Shown one piece after another: positions 32,925 to 47,592 of a stretch of 64,000 bases of DNA. The position numbers and the translations under genes are program-made. Source of the stretch: Eledone cirrhosa (lineage: Eukaryota). Under the pieces are notes generated by a model that worked only from the letters and a program-made list of their open reading frames with translations, did not search any database and had not been told where the DNA came from. The stretch spans positions 6,448,001 to 6,512,000 of the forward strand of contig OZ024750.1 in assembly GCA_964016885.1 (NCBI GenBank). Direction: 5' to 3'. The stretch's first letter is position 1; every line of letters begins with the position of its first letter.

Positions 32925-33400
32925 TTGGCAGTATTGGTAGAGGCTTGGACGCCATTCTTTCCAGCATAGTTTTGTCCCTACATGGTCTGAGTTCAAATCT
33001 CGTCGAGGTTAACTTTACCTTTCATCCTTACGAGGTCGATAAAATAAAATACCAGTAATGCACTGAGGTAATTGCTGGTCTTGTACCAAAAGTAGAAACA
33101 ATTATCATTATGATAAGCGATAAGCGTGGTGGATTGGCAGTATCGGTAGTGTCGGACAACATGCTTTGCGGCATAGTGTTATTGCCCTTTACGTTCTGAG
33201 TTCAAATCCCGCCGAAGTTAACTTTGTCTTTCATCTTTACGGGGTCGATAAAATAATGTACCAGTAATGCACTGGGGTATTTGCTGGCCTTGTGCCAAAA
33301 TTAGAAACATAATTGGTAGAGCAAAGAACACGTTGCCTTACGATATTTACTATTCTTCACTTTCTGACTTTAAATCCCGCTGAGGTCAACTTTGCCTTTC
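32925..33400 (+). mobile_element. SINE family A, three tandem copies; the last runs into a minisatellite
   Basis: 32925-33105, 33126-33313, and 33314-33400 (truncated at TTTGCCTTTC). Confidence 0.85.
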
Positions 33401-34333
33401 TTGTCGACATAATCTCCCGTCATGCTTTTCTTGTCGACATAATCTCCCGTCATGCCTTTCTTGTCGACATAATCTCCCGTCATACCTTTCTTGTCGACAT
33501 AATCTCCCGTCATGCTTTTCTTGTCGACATAATCTCCCGTCATGCTTTTCTTGTCGACATAATCTCCCGTCATACCTTTCTTGTCGACATAATCTCCCGT
33601 CATACCTTTCTTGTCGACATAATCTCCCGTCATGCTTTTCTTGTCGACATAATCTCCCGTCATACCTTTCTTGTCGACATAATCTCCCGTCATGCCTTTC
33701 TTGTCGACATAATCTCCCGTCATACCTTTCTTGTCGACATAATCTCCCGTCATGCCTTTCTTGTCGACATAATCTCCCGTCATACCTTTCTTGTCGACAT
33801 AATCTCCCGTCATACCTTTCTTGTCAACATAATCTCCCGTCATGCCTTTCTTGTCGACATAATCTCCCGTCATACCTTTCTTGTCGATATAATCATCTCC
33901 CGTCATGCCTTTCTTGTCGACATAATCTCCCGTCATGCCTTTCTTGTCGACATAATCTCCCGTCATGCTTTTCTTGTCGACATAATCTCCCGTCATGCCT
34001 TTCTTGTCGACATAATCTCCCGTCATGCCTTTCTTGTCAACATAATCTCCCGTCATGCCTTTCTTGTCGACATAATCTCCCGTCATACCTTTCTTGTCGA
34101 TATAATCATCTCCCGTCATGCCTTTCTTGTCGACATAATCTCCCGTCATGCCTTTCTTGTCGACATAATCTCCCGTCATACCTTTCTTGTCGACATAATC
34201 TCCCGTCATGCCTTTCTTGTCGACATAATCTCCCGTCATGCCTTTCTTGTCGACATAATCTCCCGTCATGCCTTTCTTGTCGACATAATCTCCCGTCATG
34301 CCTTTCTTGTCGACATAATCTCCCGTCATGCCT
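33392..34333. repeat. Minisatellite, 30-bp unit x ~31
   Basis: TGCCTTTCTTGTCGACATAATCTCCCGTCA; two units carry a 3-bp insertion. Confidence 0.97.
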
Positions 34334-34465
34334 ATGTTAGGGAGCACTAGGGCGGTGGATTGGTAGGAAATGTAATGTTGGACATCATGAAATGACTTTA
34401 ACCATAGGTTTGTTTGATCAAGACTGACTAGGTTTAAACAATTATTTATATAAGTATCTTGGTTA

Positions 34466-34714
34466 GTGAAGGCGCATGGCTTAGTGGTTAGAACATTGGG
34501 CTTGCAATCGAAAAGTTGTGAGTTCAATTCTCGGACCAGGTGATGCATTGTTCCCTTGAGCAAGACACTTTATTTCACGTTGCTCCAGTTTACTCAGCTG
34601 TAGAAATGAGATGATAGGGACTGGGGTCCCTATCATTAAATCACCTAAGACACCTCCAACGAGATATACCTTAGAAGAGGCCAGCTAAACCTGCATAGGT
34701 GTGAGCTGTAATAG
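34466..34714 (+). mobile_element. SINE family B (tRNA head plus CORE-like domain)
   Basis: A box TGGCTTAGTGG, B box GAGTTCAATTC, CORE-like CCTTGAGCAAGACACTT; TSD CTTGGTTA 34458-65/34715-22. Confidence 0.9.
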
Positions 34715-36301
34715 CTTGGTTACATTAAGCTACATTCTATGATCTAAAGTTAATCATTTATTTATTACTACCACTACTATTTTCACGTATATTATTAATG
34801 TACTTTATTTTAGAAAGAAGGGTATATAAGCGACAACATCACATTTCTTACTTTCTTTATAAATCTATCAAGTTTACGCAAGAAATCATTATTTATATAT
34901 TTATTCAAACGAAATGTTATCTTTTTATTTTAATTCAATTTTATTTTGTGATATTTTTCACTGTATTTTTTAAAACTTTTATTTTAAAGACAATCTTCAT
35001 TCCCATCACATCTCTATGATATTAGTTTAATTTATTTTATTTTCCTTCATGTGCTACCTCATTAATCACCAATCCAGTTCTACTTTTATTTTTCTTTCCT
35101 GAGATTATGTGTTAGACTTTACTCTAAAAAAAATATAAATATAACTAAATAACAACGCAAAACAACAACAGCAAGAACTACAAACATGTTTTAGATTTAA
35201 TTGTACGTCCGAGGGATTATTTGCTAAAAAGCTGTAAGTTGAAAGAACCTTCGATAGGTTACAAGAAATTTTATTTCTCCCAAAGGACTACATTGGAGAA
35301 GAATGCCCTATAAAATAAAGCTGTTTAAGCCGAAAATAACAAATATTTTGAAAACTATTATGAACCCTTTACTGAAATAGAATGTCACTGAATACGTGAA
35401 TGGTTCACAAATGTTAACTAACCCTTCACCAACAGATTCAGATTAATCGGGAAAATAACAAGGAAAAAGCTTAGTTTATCTAGAGATAGATTTATTTTTA
35501 TTACTTAATGCTGATCTCTGAAATTGGCACAATGCCACAGAAAGAAGCAGTTGAATGGATTGATTCCAGTACAAGAATGGCACATATTTTGTTAAGACCG
35601 GAGTTGTAAAAGACAACGAATTGACTCTGGTGGAATAGAGGAGAGATGAAAGCAAATACTTTTAGGCATTTCATCCGACATGCTATTGTTTCTTCTCCTT
35701 CACCTTCACCGTATTTTTAATATATTTGTTTTGGAGTTCTGGTAGAGATTAACCTAGTTATAAATAATGACATTCACTGTGGAGTTGCAGACGATATCAA
35801 GTGATTTTGTCAATGAAGCAGTTTCAGGATTGTCTGGGGGATATTTTACTAAAGATTCTAGTAACTAATCCCGGCAGCTAGTTAAGTGGCCTTATAATTA
35901 TTTAGTTAGAGTTAACTATTATAGTTACGGCTAAGCTGGTATAGTAGCTGCATAAGAACACAAAGTAATTAGAGAAGTAAATCGTTTCGTTTCTGTTTCT
36001 ATAGTCCTATGTCTACTCAAATCATTCAGTTCTATAATCAAAAGCGTTCCGGCCATGTCAATTCCATCTTTTATTTGGAAATAACATACCTAGGTCTAGA
36101 TTAATCAAGGTGCTTTTCTTTTTCAAAAACAGTAACGTCTGATTTAAGAAACATTCCCCTAATGTCTAGCAAGCTCGGGGACCATGTAGAGGTTCCTTCA
36201 CTGGCCAGGTTATTGGTTTTGGTGTTGTTTAGCTCCATGTAAGTGTTGATAAAGGTATTCATACCGTGACCATCAGGTTTTTTTAAGTAGGACATTATCA
36301 A

Positions 36302-36479
36302 CAGTATCAGTAGAGAGTCGGACGCCATGCTTTCTAGCATAGAGTTGCGTCCCTTTACGGACTGAGTTCAAATCACTCCATGGTTAACTTTGCCTTTCAT
36401 CCTTACGGGGTCGATAAAATAAAGTACCAGTAATGTACTGGGTTATTGCTGGCCTTGTGCCAAAAGTAAAAACAATTAT
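36302..36479 (+). mobile_element. SINE family A
   Basis: Consensus match. Confidence 0.9.
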
Positions 36480-37045
36480 CAACATCTCTTTCACTTTTAG
36501 ATAGTAGAATATGATTCAGAGAGATCTCTATGTGGTCGTTCCAGTCATCACCGAATGTAATCCTTTAACTTGCTAGAAATAGCAGCCAAATTTCCCACAA
36601 ACTGCACCCAAGTGTCATTTCAGACGTTATGGATCCTAGATACACAATGCATGGAATACGGGATAGGATGGGATGGTCAAAGCGGGATAGGATGTAATAC
36701 TTTTGACCATAAGTCTACTCAATTAGAACCGATTAATGACTAGACACCACCTACAATCATTACAACCTTCTAGAAGGTTGATGAGTAATCGGAAGACATC
36801 ATTAGGTATTTTTAGCTCTGGAAGACGTCTCACCATTGTTGTTTATGATGTTTCTCTGTTTTTCCCCTCTTCTAGTTTATTCCGACATTTATTGTGTCAT
36901 TATAATCCTTTATTTCATCTTATCAATTCTCGGTTTAAAATTAGAATCTGTGTTTTCGAGACAAATTAAGGACGACATGTGCGCATACATCCCCTATTAT
37001 CTTCAAGCTAAAATCTGCCTGGGAGCGCCAGATTACACTAACTGG

Positions 37046-37116
<71 letters not shown>

Positions 37117-37930
37117 AATATGTGCTCTTCCTCTAAGTTGTTCTGACAATAATTTCAGTACGATGTGACCAAAATGTCATTCAGTTTGTTACAATTACTC
37201 CCTAGTTGCTGATCAATTATTATGTAAATGGAAGGGTGTTTCTGTATTTTCGAAATCTGTCTTTCCCGCATGGGGCTAGAGACTGGGGTTGATAACATTG
37301 AAGCTACGTTACGCCTACATATTGTCATTTTGTCAGGGAAGTATGAAAAGTGTGTCTCCTGGTACACGACAGATTACTTGTTTACACAGACTAACATATA
37401 GGTTGACACAGTTAAAGAGGAGGATACAGAAATCATCAAGGGATAATTTGAGGATTTAAACTGTTGTTTATTTACTGATGTCGTTTTCAGGCATTGAATT
37501 CTACATTTTAGGGAATAAATGGTTTACATTTGTCTAGTGGTTTATATAATACATATAGTGTGTGTGTACTTGGGGGGAAAAGTAGAATTCAGATCCTCAC
37601 ATGAAATACGACAAACCACGAAGACAACGTCATTCTCTCTCTCTCTCTCTAGTCGTTTCTTTTATCCCCTCTCTCTCATCCCCCCTCCATCCCTCTCTCT
37701 CTCTCTCTGCCTCGCCCCTTCTTTTATCTCCCTCCTCTCCATCTCTCTGTCTCATTTAGTGCTGTTTCTTTATGAAGAAATCACGCAATATATAATTTGA
37801 AATCGAAGTCAATTATCTCTGAACAAGAATCTATGATATGTAGCAATAAGTTCTGTTCGACTACAAATAAGCAGCTCTAGGAAGATAAGACTTTCATAAT
37901 AACAAGAACATTGGTAATGTAAACGAAGAA

Positions 37931-38144
37931 TAATGGTTTCTATTTTAGACATAAAACCAGCAATTAATTTGAGGGGAAGGGAAAAGTCGGTTAAATCGAC
38001 CCCAATACTTTACTGGTATATTAATTGTTGACCAGAGAAAGATGAAAGTTAACGTTGACCTTGGCAAGATTTGAACGCAAATCGTAAGGAGATTGAAGAC
38101 TAAGCATTTGTCCAACGCTCTACTGACTCTATCAATCCACCACC
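37931..38144 (-). mobile_element. SINE family A, diverged
   Basis: Reverse-complement match. Confidence 0.75.
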
Positions 38145-39316
38145 ATATAAGACTTTAATGATAATTATAGCAAGAATGCGAACTTGTTTCTTTAGTTTGG
38201 TTTGTACTGTAATGTACTCATATCATATTAAATATTACCATCAGGATTAAACAACAACCATTTTTACAAACAAGTAAAGAATTGAAGCTAGCAAGAAAAT
38301 ATTTACATGACTACGATCGCTTGTTCTAAAAATAACACAGCCACATTTTAATCAAATCATTCTGTAAAATCTTGAAAAGAAGTCGGTTGCACAATTTAAA
38401 TTTGAAACAATATGGTTTAGAATAAATAGAAAGGCAAATAATTATTTTCAAATCATAAAAATACATTTCGGAATTGAAATAATTTAATTTGAAATATTTA
38501 AGATAAGATCTCTTTTAATGCGTACATTTATATGCACAAAATGTATCTTCAAAAGATGACATATTTTGAAATAAATACAAAATAGTATTAAGTCTATTGG
38601 TTTCTTTTATTGCAACCACCCTGCTACAGAAGAGCCAAAGAATTAGGAGTTTTAGCATTATTACAGTGACTGCTGGAACTTTGGGTGTTTATTTCATTTT
38701 ATTTATTCGGTACATGTATGCACAATGAAGGTGCATGAATCATGCAGCTAAACTGGAGTTGGATGGGTAGATGGATGAGGGGAGTGATATCTTCTCGTTT
38801 CCTTGGCAACAGGTCATCGACAGAAAATGGTTTAGGATGGGAATAAATTAGTTCTCTTCGGAATAACTGAATGCTATTAACTAATTGAGTTGAGAATGAT
38901 GAGTTGGATGGGATAAAGAAAAGACATATTTTAAAATACCCTAAAATACCCAATGAATGCACCACGTTCTTTTGTGCATATATTCGCGAATGTATGCAAA
39001 TGTGATTGTCAATTTGCATTAGAGTTGTGGCTATATTATTAAAAATACGCTGGACGTATTTGGTTTTATTTTTAATTATTTTATTAATTTTTCACATCTT
39101 ACTATAAACTAATTAGACTCACAATTAATATAAATTTAGATATCGGCACTCTACTATTATTTTTAAATAGGGAAGAACATAAACATTTAGTATTGCCTCA
39201 CAGAAAATAATTAGTAGAATTGCGTGAAGCTTGTAAACCATGTATATATAAATGTATATATAACGTATGTATGTGGGTGCGCGTACATACATATATATAT
39301 GTGTGTGTATGTATAT

Positions 39317-39370
<54 letters not shown>

Positions 39371-39627
39371 GTGTATATACATACACACACATATATATAC
39401 GTATACATTCATACACGTGTACATACACACACACATATATATATATATATATACGTATATATACATACACACACATATATATATATATATACGTGTGTAT
39501 GTGTGTATGTGTGAAGGAAAGATAGGGAGGAGACTGCGCGTTTTTTACAAATATTTACATGGAATAGGACAAGAAACTAACTGTAAGATATCCAAGAATA
39601 TTTGTATTTTAGTTTTATATAATAAAC

Positions 39628-41027
39628 AATAATATCACCATGAATACATGACACTGTATATAATAATATCACCATGAATACATATGGCACTTTATATAAT
39701 AATATCACCATGAATACATATGGCACTTTATATAATAATTTCACCATGAATACATATGACACTTTATATAATAATATCACCATGAATACATGACACTTTA
39801 TATAATAATATCACCATGAATACATGACACTTTATATAATAATATCACCATGAATACATGACACTGTATATAATAATATCACCATGAATACATGACACTG
39901 TATATAATAATATCACCATGAATACATATGACACTTTATATAATAATATCACCATGAATACATATGACACTTTATATAATAATATCACCATGAATACATA
40001 TGGCACTTTATATAATAATATCACCATGAATACATGACACTGTATATAATAATATCACCATGAATACATATGACACTGTATATAATAATATAACCATGAA
40101 TACATGACACTTTATATAATAATATCACCATGAATACATGACACTGTATATAATAATATCACCATGAATACATGACACTTTATATAATAATATCACCATG
40201 AATACATGACACTGTATATAATAATATCACCATGAATACATGACACTTTATATAATAATATCACCATGAATACATGACACTGTATATAATAATATCACCA
40301 TGAATACATGACACTTTATATAATAATATCACCATGAATACATGACACTTTATATAATAATATCACCATGAATACATGATACTTTATATAATAATATCAC
40401 CATGAATACATGACACTGTATATAATAATATCACCATGAATACATGACACTGTATATAATAATATCACCATGAATACATATGACACTGTATATAATAATA
40501 TCACCATGAATACATGACACTGTATATAATAATATCACCATGAATACATATGACACTTTATATAATAATATCACCATGAATACATGACACTGTATATAAT
40601 AATATCACCATGAATACATGACACTGTATATAATAATAATATCACCATGAATACATATGGCACTTTATATAATAATATCACCATGAATACATATGACACT
40701 TTATATAATAATATCACCATGAATACATGACACTGTATATAATAATATCACCATGAATACATATGGCACTTTATATAATAATATCACCATGAATACATAT
40801 GACACTTTATATAATAATATCACCATGAATACATATGGCACTTTATATAATAATATCACCATGAATACATATGACACTTTATATAATAATATCACCATGA
40901 ATACATGACACTGTATATAATAATATCACCATGAATACATATGGCACTTTATATAATAATATCACCATGAATACATATGACACTTTATATAATAATATCA
41001 CCATGAATACATATGGCACTTTATATA
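39628..41027. repeat. AT-rich minisatellite, 34/36-bp units x ~40
   Basis: TCACCATGAATACA(TA)TG(A/G)CACT(G/T)TATATAATAATA. Confidence 0.97.
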
Positions 41028-41442
41028 ACATATATAAATATATATATAAATACACAAGGCCATACGTCTCTACACAGCTCTGATGTCATGAGTATCGATA
41101 GAAATGAAAAACCATTTAATAATATAGGGACGTATTTCACTGTTCTATGACTTAAGCCGATAAGCAGACGAACAGACAGATCAATATAGAGATAATGATA
41201 TATAAACAACGATTATTGAAGATCAGGAACAATTAATATTTTATTTATATTCAGTGAAAATCCCTATGGAAGTTAATCCTTTCCAGATCAATTAAGATCC
41301 ATTCAGCTCCTGCTTATCTTTGCTTTCCTCTGCAGTTGGCTGAAGAGTGATAAACCCTCTGATGGTTAGAAAGGTAATCCATTATAAGCCATCTGTCTAT
41401 TTTAGAAATCATTAGCATTGTTATTGCACTTTGGCGCGCCTC

Positions 41443-41456
41443 TGTGTGTGTGTGGG

Positions 41457-41487
<31 letters not shown>

Positions 41488-41646
41488 ATATATGTGTGTG
41501 CATATATATATGTGTGTGTATATATATATATATGTGTGTGTGTATATATATATATATATGTGTGTGTGTGTATATATATATATATGTGTGTGTGTATATA
41601 TATATATATGTGTGTGTATATATATATATGTGTGTGTATATATATA

Positions 41647-41701
<55 letters not shown>

Positions 41702-41835
41702 ATATATATATATGTGTGTGTGTGTGTGTATGTGTGTGTCTTATGTGTGTGTGTGTCTCTGTATATATGTGTGTGTGTGTGTGTGTATATGTGCATGTGT
41801 CTACTCTGTATATATATGTATGTGTCTGTGTGTAT
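41443..41835. repeat. (TG)n(TA)n compound microsatellite
   Basis: Direct inspection. Confidence 0.95.
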
Positions 41836-42330
41836 AAAACATTCATACGTCTAGGAATCCTGCTTACATCGCAGTTATAACTGAATGGCACATTATATGC
41901 ACAACACACAAGAGATTACTTAAATTAGAGAAGTCCTTTGAGATGAGTGGAGGGCGAGGGGCAGCATTTGCCTTTCAATACCACCTGGTCTGAATCTCTT
42001 CAAGAATGTCAAGCATTCCTTTTCAACAAAGATTCTAACCTTATCTAAATAAATACATAAACCTCAGCGTAGTATTATAGCAAATGGTAAAGCGTAACCA
42101 CTACAAAGCATGGTGTACATACCAGCTGGCAGTGAACTGTACCGGCAATGGAGACTTTGGACGGGTAAAAGAAACACTTTGAAAATTCTTTCCTAAATAT
42201 AAAATTTCTTTCTACCATCGTTTTGTTTTGTATGGAGTATTTTGAAAAGCAATTGTAGCAATAAAGTTCTTGATTCGGGGCGAGTGGTAAGTTAAAAGGA
42301 CACACCCTGCGTATGTATTTTACATTTGCT

Positions 42331-42361
<31 letters not shown>

Positions 42362-42424
42362 AATTGAATACATTGAGTTCTTCATACGGATTGGACACTA
42401 CCGTAAACTCTTGGTAGATTTATC

Positions 42425-42474
<50 letters not shown>

Positions 42475-42709
42475 CACACACATATATACATACACACATA
42501 TATATATACGCACACATATTTATTTATATATATATATACATACATGTGTGTGTGTGTGTGTGAACGCTTTGTACGTAATATCTATTTAGTGAGAGTAACA
42601 GGGTAGTTTAAAATAGACTGCAGTCAAGATTTATTTGTTCTAAGTTGAAATCTTGCAAGGGATGACTGTTTGTTTTCTACAGTGGTCATTTAAATACGTA
42701 CCTATAATA

Positions 42710-43038
42710 TAATTGTTTCTACTTTAGGCCAGCAAATTGCAAGAGAAGGGAAACTCGATTAAATCGACCTCAGTGTGTACTGGTACTTTGCCTTTCATCC
42801 TGACGGGGTTGATAAAATAAAGTTAACCTCGGCGTGATTTCAACTCAGAACGTAAAAGGCCATAACTCTATGCCACAGAGCTCTACCGATACTGCCAATG
42901 CATCGTCCTTCGTATATATTAAATAATTATCCCAGTACATTACTGGTACTTTATTTTATCTACCCCGTAAGGATGAAAGGCAAAGTTAACCTCGGCAGGA
43001 TTTGAACTCAGACCGCAAAGGGGCGTAACTCAATGCTA
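42710..43038 (-). mobile_element. SINE family A, two copies; one has an internal inversion of the central domain
   Basis: 42710-42910 contains GCCTTTCATCCTGACGGGGTTGATAAAATAAAG in + orientation inside a minus copy; 42925-43038 is partial. Confidence 0.8.
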
Positions 43039-43857
43039 TATGATGATAAATAGAAATTACGCATTAGGAGGCTCATTTTTTTAACAGAACATGCGTCTTC
43101 ACAAAACCAGTGAATCAGAAAATTTGATGAGCAAGAAGTTTGTTCGAATCTATATTAAACTGGTTTTAGTGTTTACAGAAAAAAAAAAAGATTCTTCGCC
43201 GCCCAAAACACTTATCTGCTTAGCAGTTATTATGTTATATACATGTATATTCGATATGTATAGATGTTTATTGCGTATTTAATTTTCTTTTGGGGATATA
43301 TATTTTTTTCATAGATCTAACCGTAGATTTGATAAAGAAATATCATATTAAGAATGATATATATTGTTGCAAAAATAGTCTGAAAATTACGAAGTCAATA
43401 ACGGTGGTTAAACTAAAACGAGAAGTCTCAACAGTGATAAAGCGCATGATGAGGTAAATTGAATTAATGTCTTACAACATCCCAGAGTTAAACAGGAACA
43501 TCACGATCGGAATATTAACTAAATAATTTAGTCAATTAGAAGATAAAGAATTCAGCGGTTATATAATATCGCTATTTGCTTTCATTTGGAGCCATTAGTT
43601 CCAGCTGTTTCAGTTAAGCACATACATTACTTTTATCAATAAACAGTGATTCTGTGTCAATGGGAGGCTGGCAGAAAAGGACTGTTAGTTCAAAAAATAC
43701 GCTTACAAAAACTGAAAGGGGAAGAGATATGTATGTAAGTATATAGATGTGTCTGTATGTGTATAATGTACTTTCTCTCGCTCTCTCGCTCTCTCTCTCT
43801 CTCTCTACCTCTCTCTCTTTCTCTCTTTCTCTCTATCTCTCTATCTCTTTCTCTCTC

Positions 43858-43889
<32 letters not shown>

Positions 43890-44206
43890 CCTATATATAT
43901 ATATGTAAAGATATATATATGTGTGTGTATATGTATGTATATATTGTATATAAATATATGGATTTACGTATATATGTATGTATATATTGTATATAAATAT
44001 ATGGATATACGTATATATGTATATGTACGTATATATTGTATATAAATATATGCATATATGTATGTATGCATGTATATATTGTATATAAATATATGCATAT
44101 GCGTATATGTGTATGTATATATTATATATATGTGTGTGTGTGTGTGTGTCTGTATAATGTACCTTGTAAAAGCTTTGTCACTGTTAAAGATTATTTGATA
44201 TAGCCA

Positions 44207-44426
44207 GGTGGTGGATTGGCAGTATCGGTAGAGGGTTGGACGCCATGCTTTGCAGCATAGAGTTACGGCCCTTTATGATCTGAGTTCAAATCCCGCTGAG
44301 GTTAACTTTGCCTTTCATCCTTACGGGGTCGATGAAATAAAGTACCAGTCACGCACTGGGGTCGATTTAATCGCCTGTCCCCTACCCCAAAATTGCTGGC
44401 CTTGTGCCTATATAAGAAACCATTAT
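44207..44426 (+). mobile_element. SINE family A (long form), with TSD
   Basis: Full copy flanked by direct repeat ATTATTTGATATAGCC at ~44190-44205 and ~44422-44437. Confidence 0.9.
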
Positions 44427-44743
44427 TTGATATAGCCGGTACCAGGGATATTTAAATAGAAAAAAGAAAACATGCATTCAACTGCATCGTTTTATGGAAA
44501 CCCTGTGTGGTTGTCTCCCAACATAACACATTCGAAAGAGTTATTGAATAAAGTAAATACATAAAATATGGTAGAGAGGATCAGATGTACATTTGACATA
44601 TGCCTTCGTGTAACTGGAGAATCTATTCTTCCTGCCAATGTATCCAAATGTAACTGGACTCTATGAGTCGCAGCTGGTGGAGTTCTCTTCTTATGGTGTC
44701 GAAGTATTGACATGCTGTATGAGTCAGGTCTTCGTACACTGTT

Positions 44744-45002
44744 GTGAAGGCGCATAGCTTAGTGGTTAGAGCATTGGGCTTGCAATCGAAAGGTTGTGAG
44801 TTCAATTCTCGGACCGGGTGATGTGTTGTTTCCTTGAGCAAGACACTTTATTTTCCGTTGCTCCAAGTTGCTCAGCTGTAGAAGTGAGATGATAGGACTG
44901 GGGTCCCTATCATTAAATCACCCAAGACACCTCCACCAAGATATACCTTGGAGGAGGCCATCTAAACCTGCATAGGTGTGAGCTGTAACAACAACAACAA
45001 CA
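44744..45002 (+). mobile_element. SINE family B
   Basis: Same consensus, (CAA)n tail, TSD ACACTGTT(GT) at 44736/45003. Confidence 0.9.
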
Positions 45003-45877
45003 ACACTGTTGTACTGTAGTATTACTGTAATATTCAGACATGTACCATGCTATATTCTTTCTTTCTTTCTTCTGTTGTCCCCTAACTCTTGATGGAGTCG
45101 TAAGGGATGCAGTAATGATATACAAAGTTTCTTGGGCATTTATTTAAAGCCTGGCAGAGCCCATTCCTCTCCAGGTTTGATTACAGTAGATTTCTGCCAG
45201 AGAATGATAGTAAGTGAGAAAGAGATATAGAGGAAGAATCGAAAGGAAGAAAACATAAAACGAAGAGACAAGAGGATGCATTAAGATAGAATTGTATTAG
45301 TTTCACGCTCAAAATATAGAGAGTGAGTTATACAGTCAATGTATCGGGCATGTGTCTCTCATTAACAAAAACAGTTTTCAGAGAGTTGTAAAAGACAAAA
45401 CACAAAAGGAAAAACGGTGGTGAGAATTTGCGTAAAATATAGCTAAATGAGCATCTATATGAGCATGCGCATAAACACACACACAAACACACTCATATAT
45501 ATCTATATATATGCACACTATTAACCACCTGTAGACATGCAAACAACTAGCATCAGTAAGCACGGCGGGATATACAGACACAGATAGATTAGAAATGACA
45601 ATTTAGACGTTAATAAGGTATTTTACCAGCAAAATAATTCCGGATGTACTTATAATGTTATCATTCGATGCTAATATAAACTGTATAATATTTATACCAT
45701 ACTCTATAATGTTATCTCTTTATTAGCGAACTGACAGCATATACTTGCCATTTGGTGAGCTCGCATGAAACCTATACATATATGATGTAACATATACTTA
45801 TTATGACAGTTAAGTATGTAAGATATATGAAGGTAATATGTAAATATATATTATATATATATAGTTTATTTATATAG

Positions 45878-45916
<39 letters not shown>

Positions 45917-45970
45917 TTGTGTGTACTGATATTCAGAGATATGGGAACATATGTAGGTATGTTTGCATAC

Positions 45971-46082
<112 letters not shown>

Positions 46083-46260
46083 AATTGATGTATGAAGCAT
46101 AATTTGAAATACTTCCCCAGGTGGTGCTATTAAATTAGACATGGCTAGGACTGGCCGAAACCTATCAACTCACATACATACATACATACATACATACATA
46201 CATACATACAGAATGTAATAGAATGAGTACTCAATACATGTAAACAGTGTAAGTTTAATA

Positions 46261-46462
46261 TTGGTTTCAGATATAGTCAAAGGGCCAGAAATTTTGGGCC
46301 GGAGGGAAAAGTCGGATTAAATCGCCCCAGTGCATTACTGGTACTTTATCTGATCGACCCCGAAAGGATGAAAAGCAAAGCTAACCTCGAAAGGATTTGA
46401 ACTCAGATCGTAAAGGGACGTACCTCTATGCCATAAACCATGTTGTTCTACGTTCTACCGAT
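46261..46462 (-). mobile_element. SINE family A
   Basis: Reverse-complement match. Confidence 0.8.
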
Positions 46463-46644
46463 TCAAAATATTTATTTATTTCTGTTGTATGTTTTTGTTG
46501 TTTAGTTTTATTGATTATCGCCTCAGCTAATCACGAGAACTAAACATAAATTAAACATCACCAATTGGAGGCTCGCAGTCTGAAGAAGCAAGATAGCCGA
46601 AACTTGCAATTAACTAGCACCGCCTTTTGCGGAACATAAAAGTG

Positions 46645-46726
<82 letters not shown>

Positions 46727-47004
46727 GTCTTTATTTTGATAGCCTGGGGGGTGAAACCGTCAAATAAACCACCAGCTAGGCAAAAAATATTGTCTTGGCC
46801 TCACGATTCATGTAAAAGCAATGGTCATACACGTCTGTGATTCGACTCCTGTCAAGATATATATATATATACCATGTTTATGTATGCGTGTTTGTGTATG
46901 TGTATATATATATATATATATTTATATTACACACACAAACATACATATTCATACGTATGTTGATATATTTGTATACATATGGTGATATGTGTATTTATGC
47001 ACAT

Positions 47005-47009
47005 ATATG

Positions 47010-47056
<47 letters not shown>

Positions 47057-47131
47057 ATACGTCTAGATATATATTCATATATGTATATGCACACACATAC
47101 ACAGATGTATGTATATATATGTATATATATG

Positions 47132-47172
<41 letters not shown>

Positions 47173-47281
47173 GTATATATGTATATATATATATATGTAT
47201 ATATGTATATATATATATGTATATATATATATGTATATATATGTATATATATATATGTATATATATATATGTATATATATG

Positions 47282-47356
<75 letters not shown>

Positions 47357-47364
47357 GTATATAC

Positions 47365-47411
<47 letters not shown>

Positions 47412-47592
47412 CATACATATATATATATACATACATATATATACATATATATATATACATACATATATATACACATATATATATACATACATATATATAC
47501 ACATATATATATACACATATATATATACATACATATATATACACATATATATATATATACACATATATATACATCGATATATATGTATGTAT
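47005..47592. repeat. (TA)n with TATG-to-TACA polarity switch
   Basis: Direct inspection; switch near 47360. Confidence 0.95.

Noticed and set aside
33313-34563. 345-aa and 397-aa repeat proteins on opposite strands
   Set aside because: Start codons lie in SINEs and the 30-bp unit is stop-free by chance; not called as CDS.
41335-41420. CTGAAGA motif in a TA-flanked unique segment
   Set aside because: No correctly placed stem II, GAAA and stem III.
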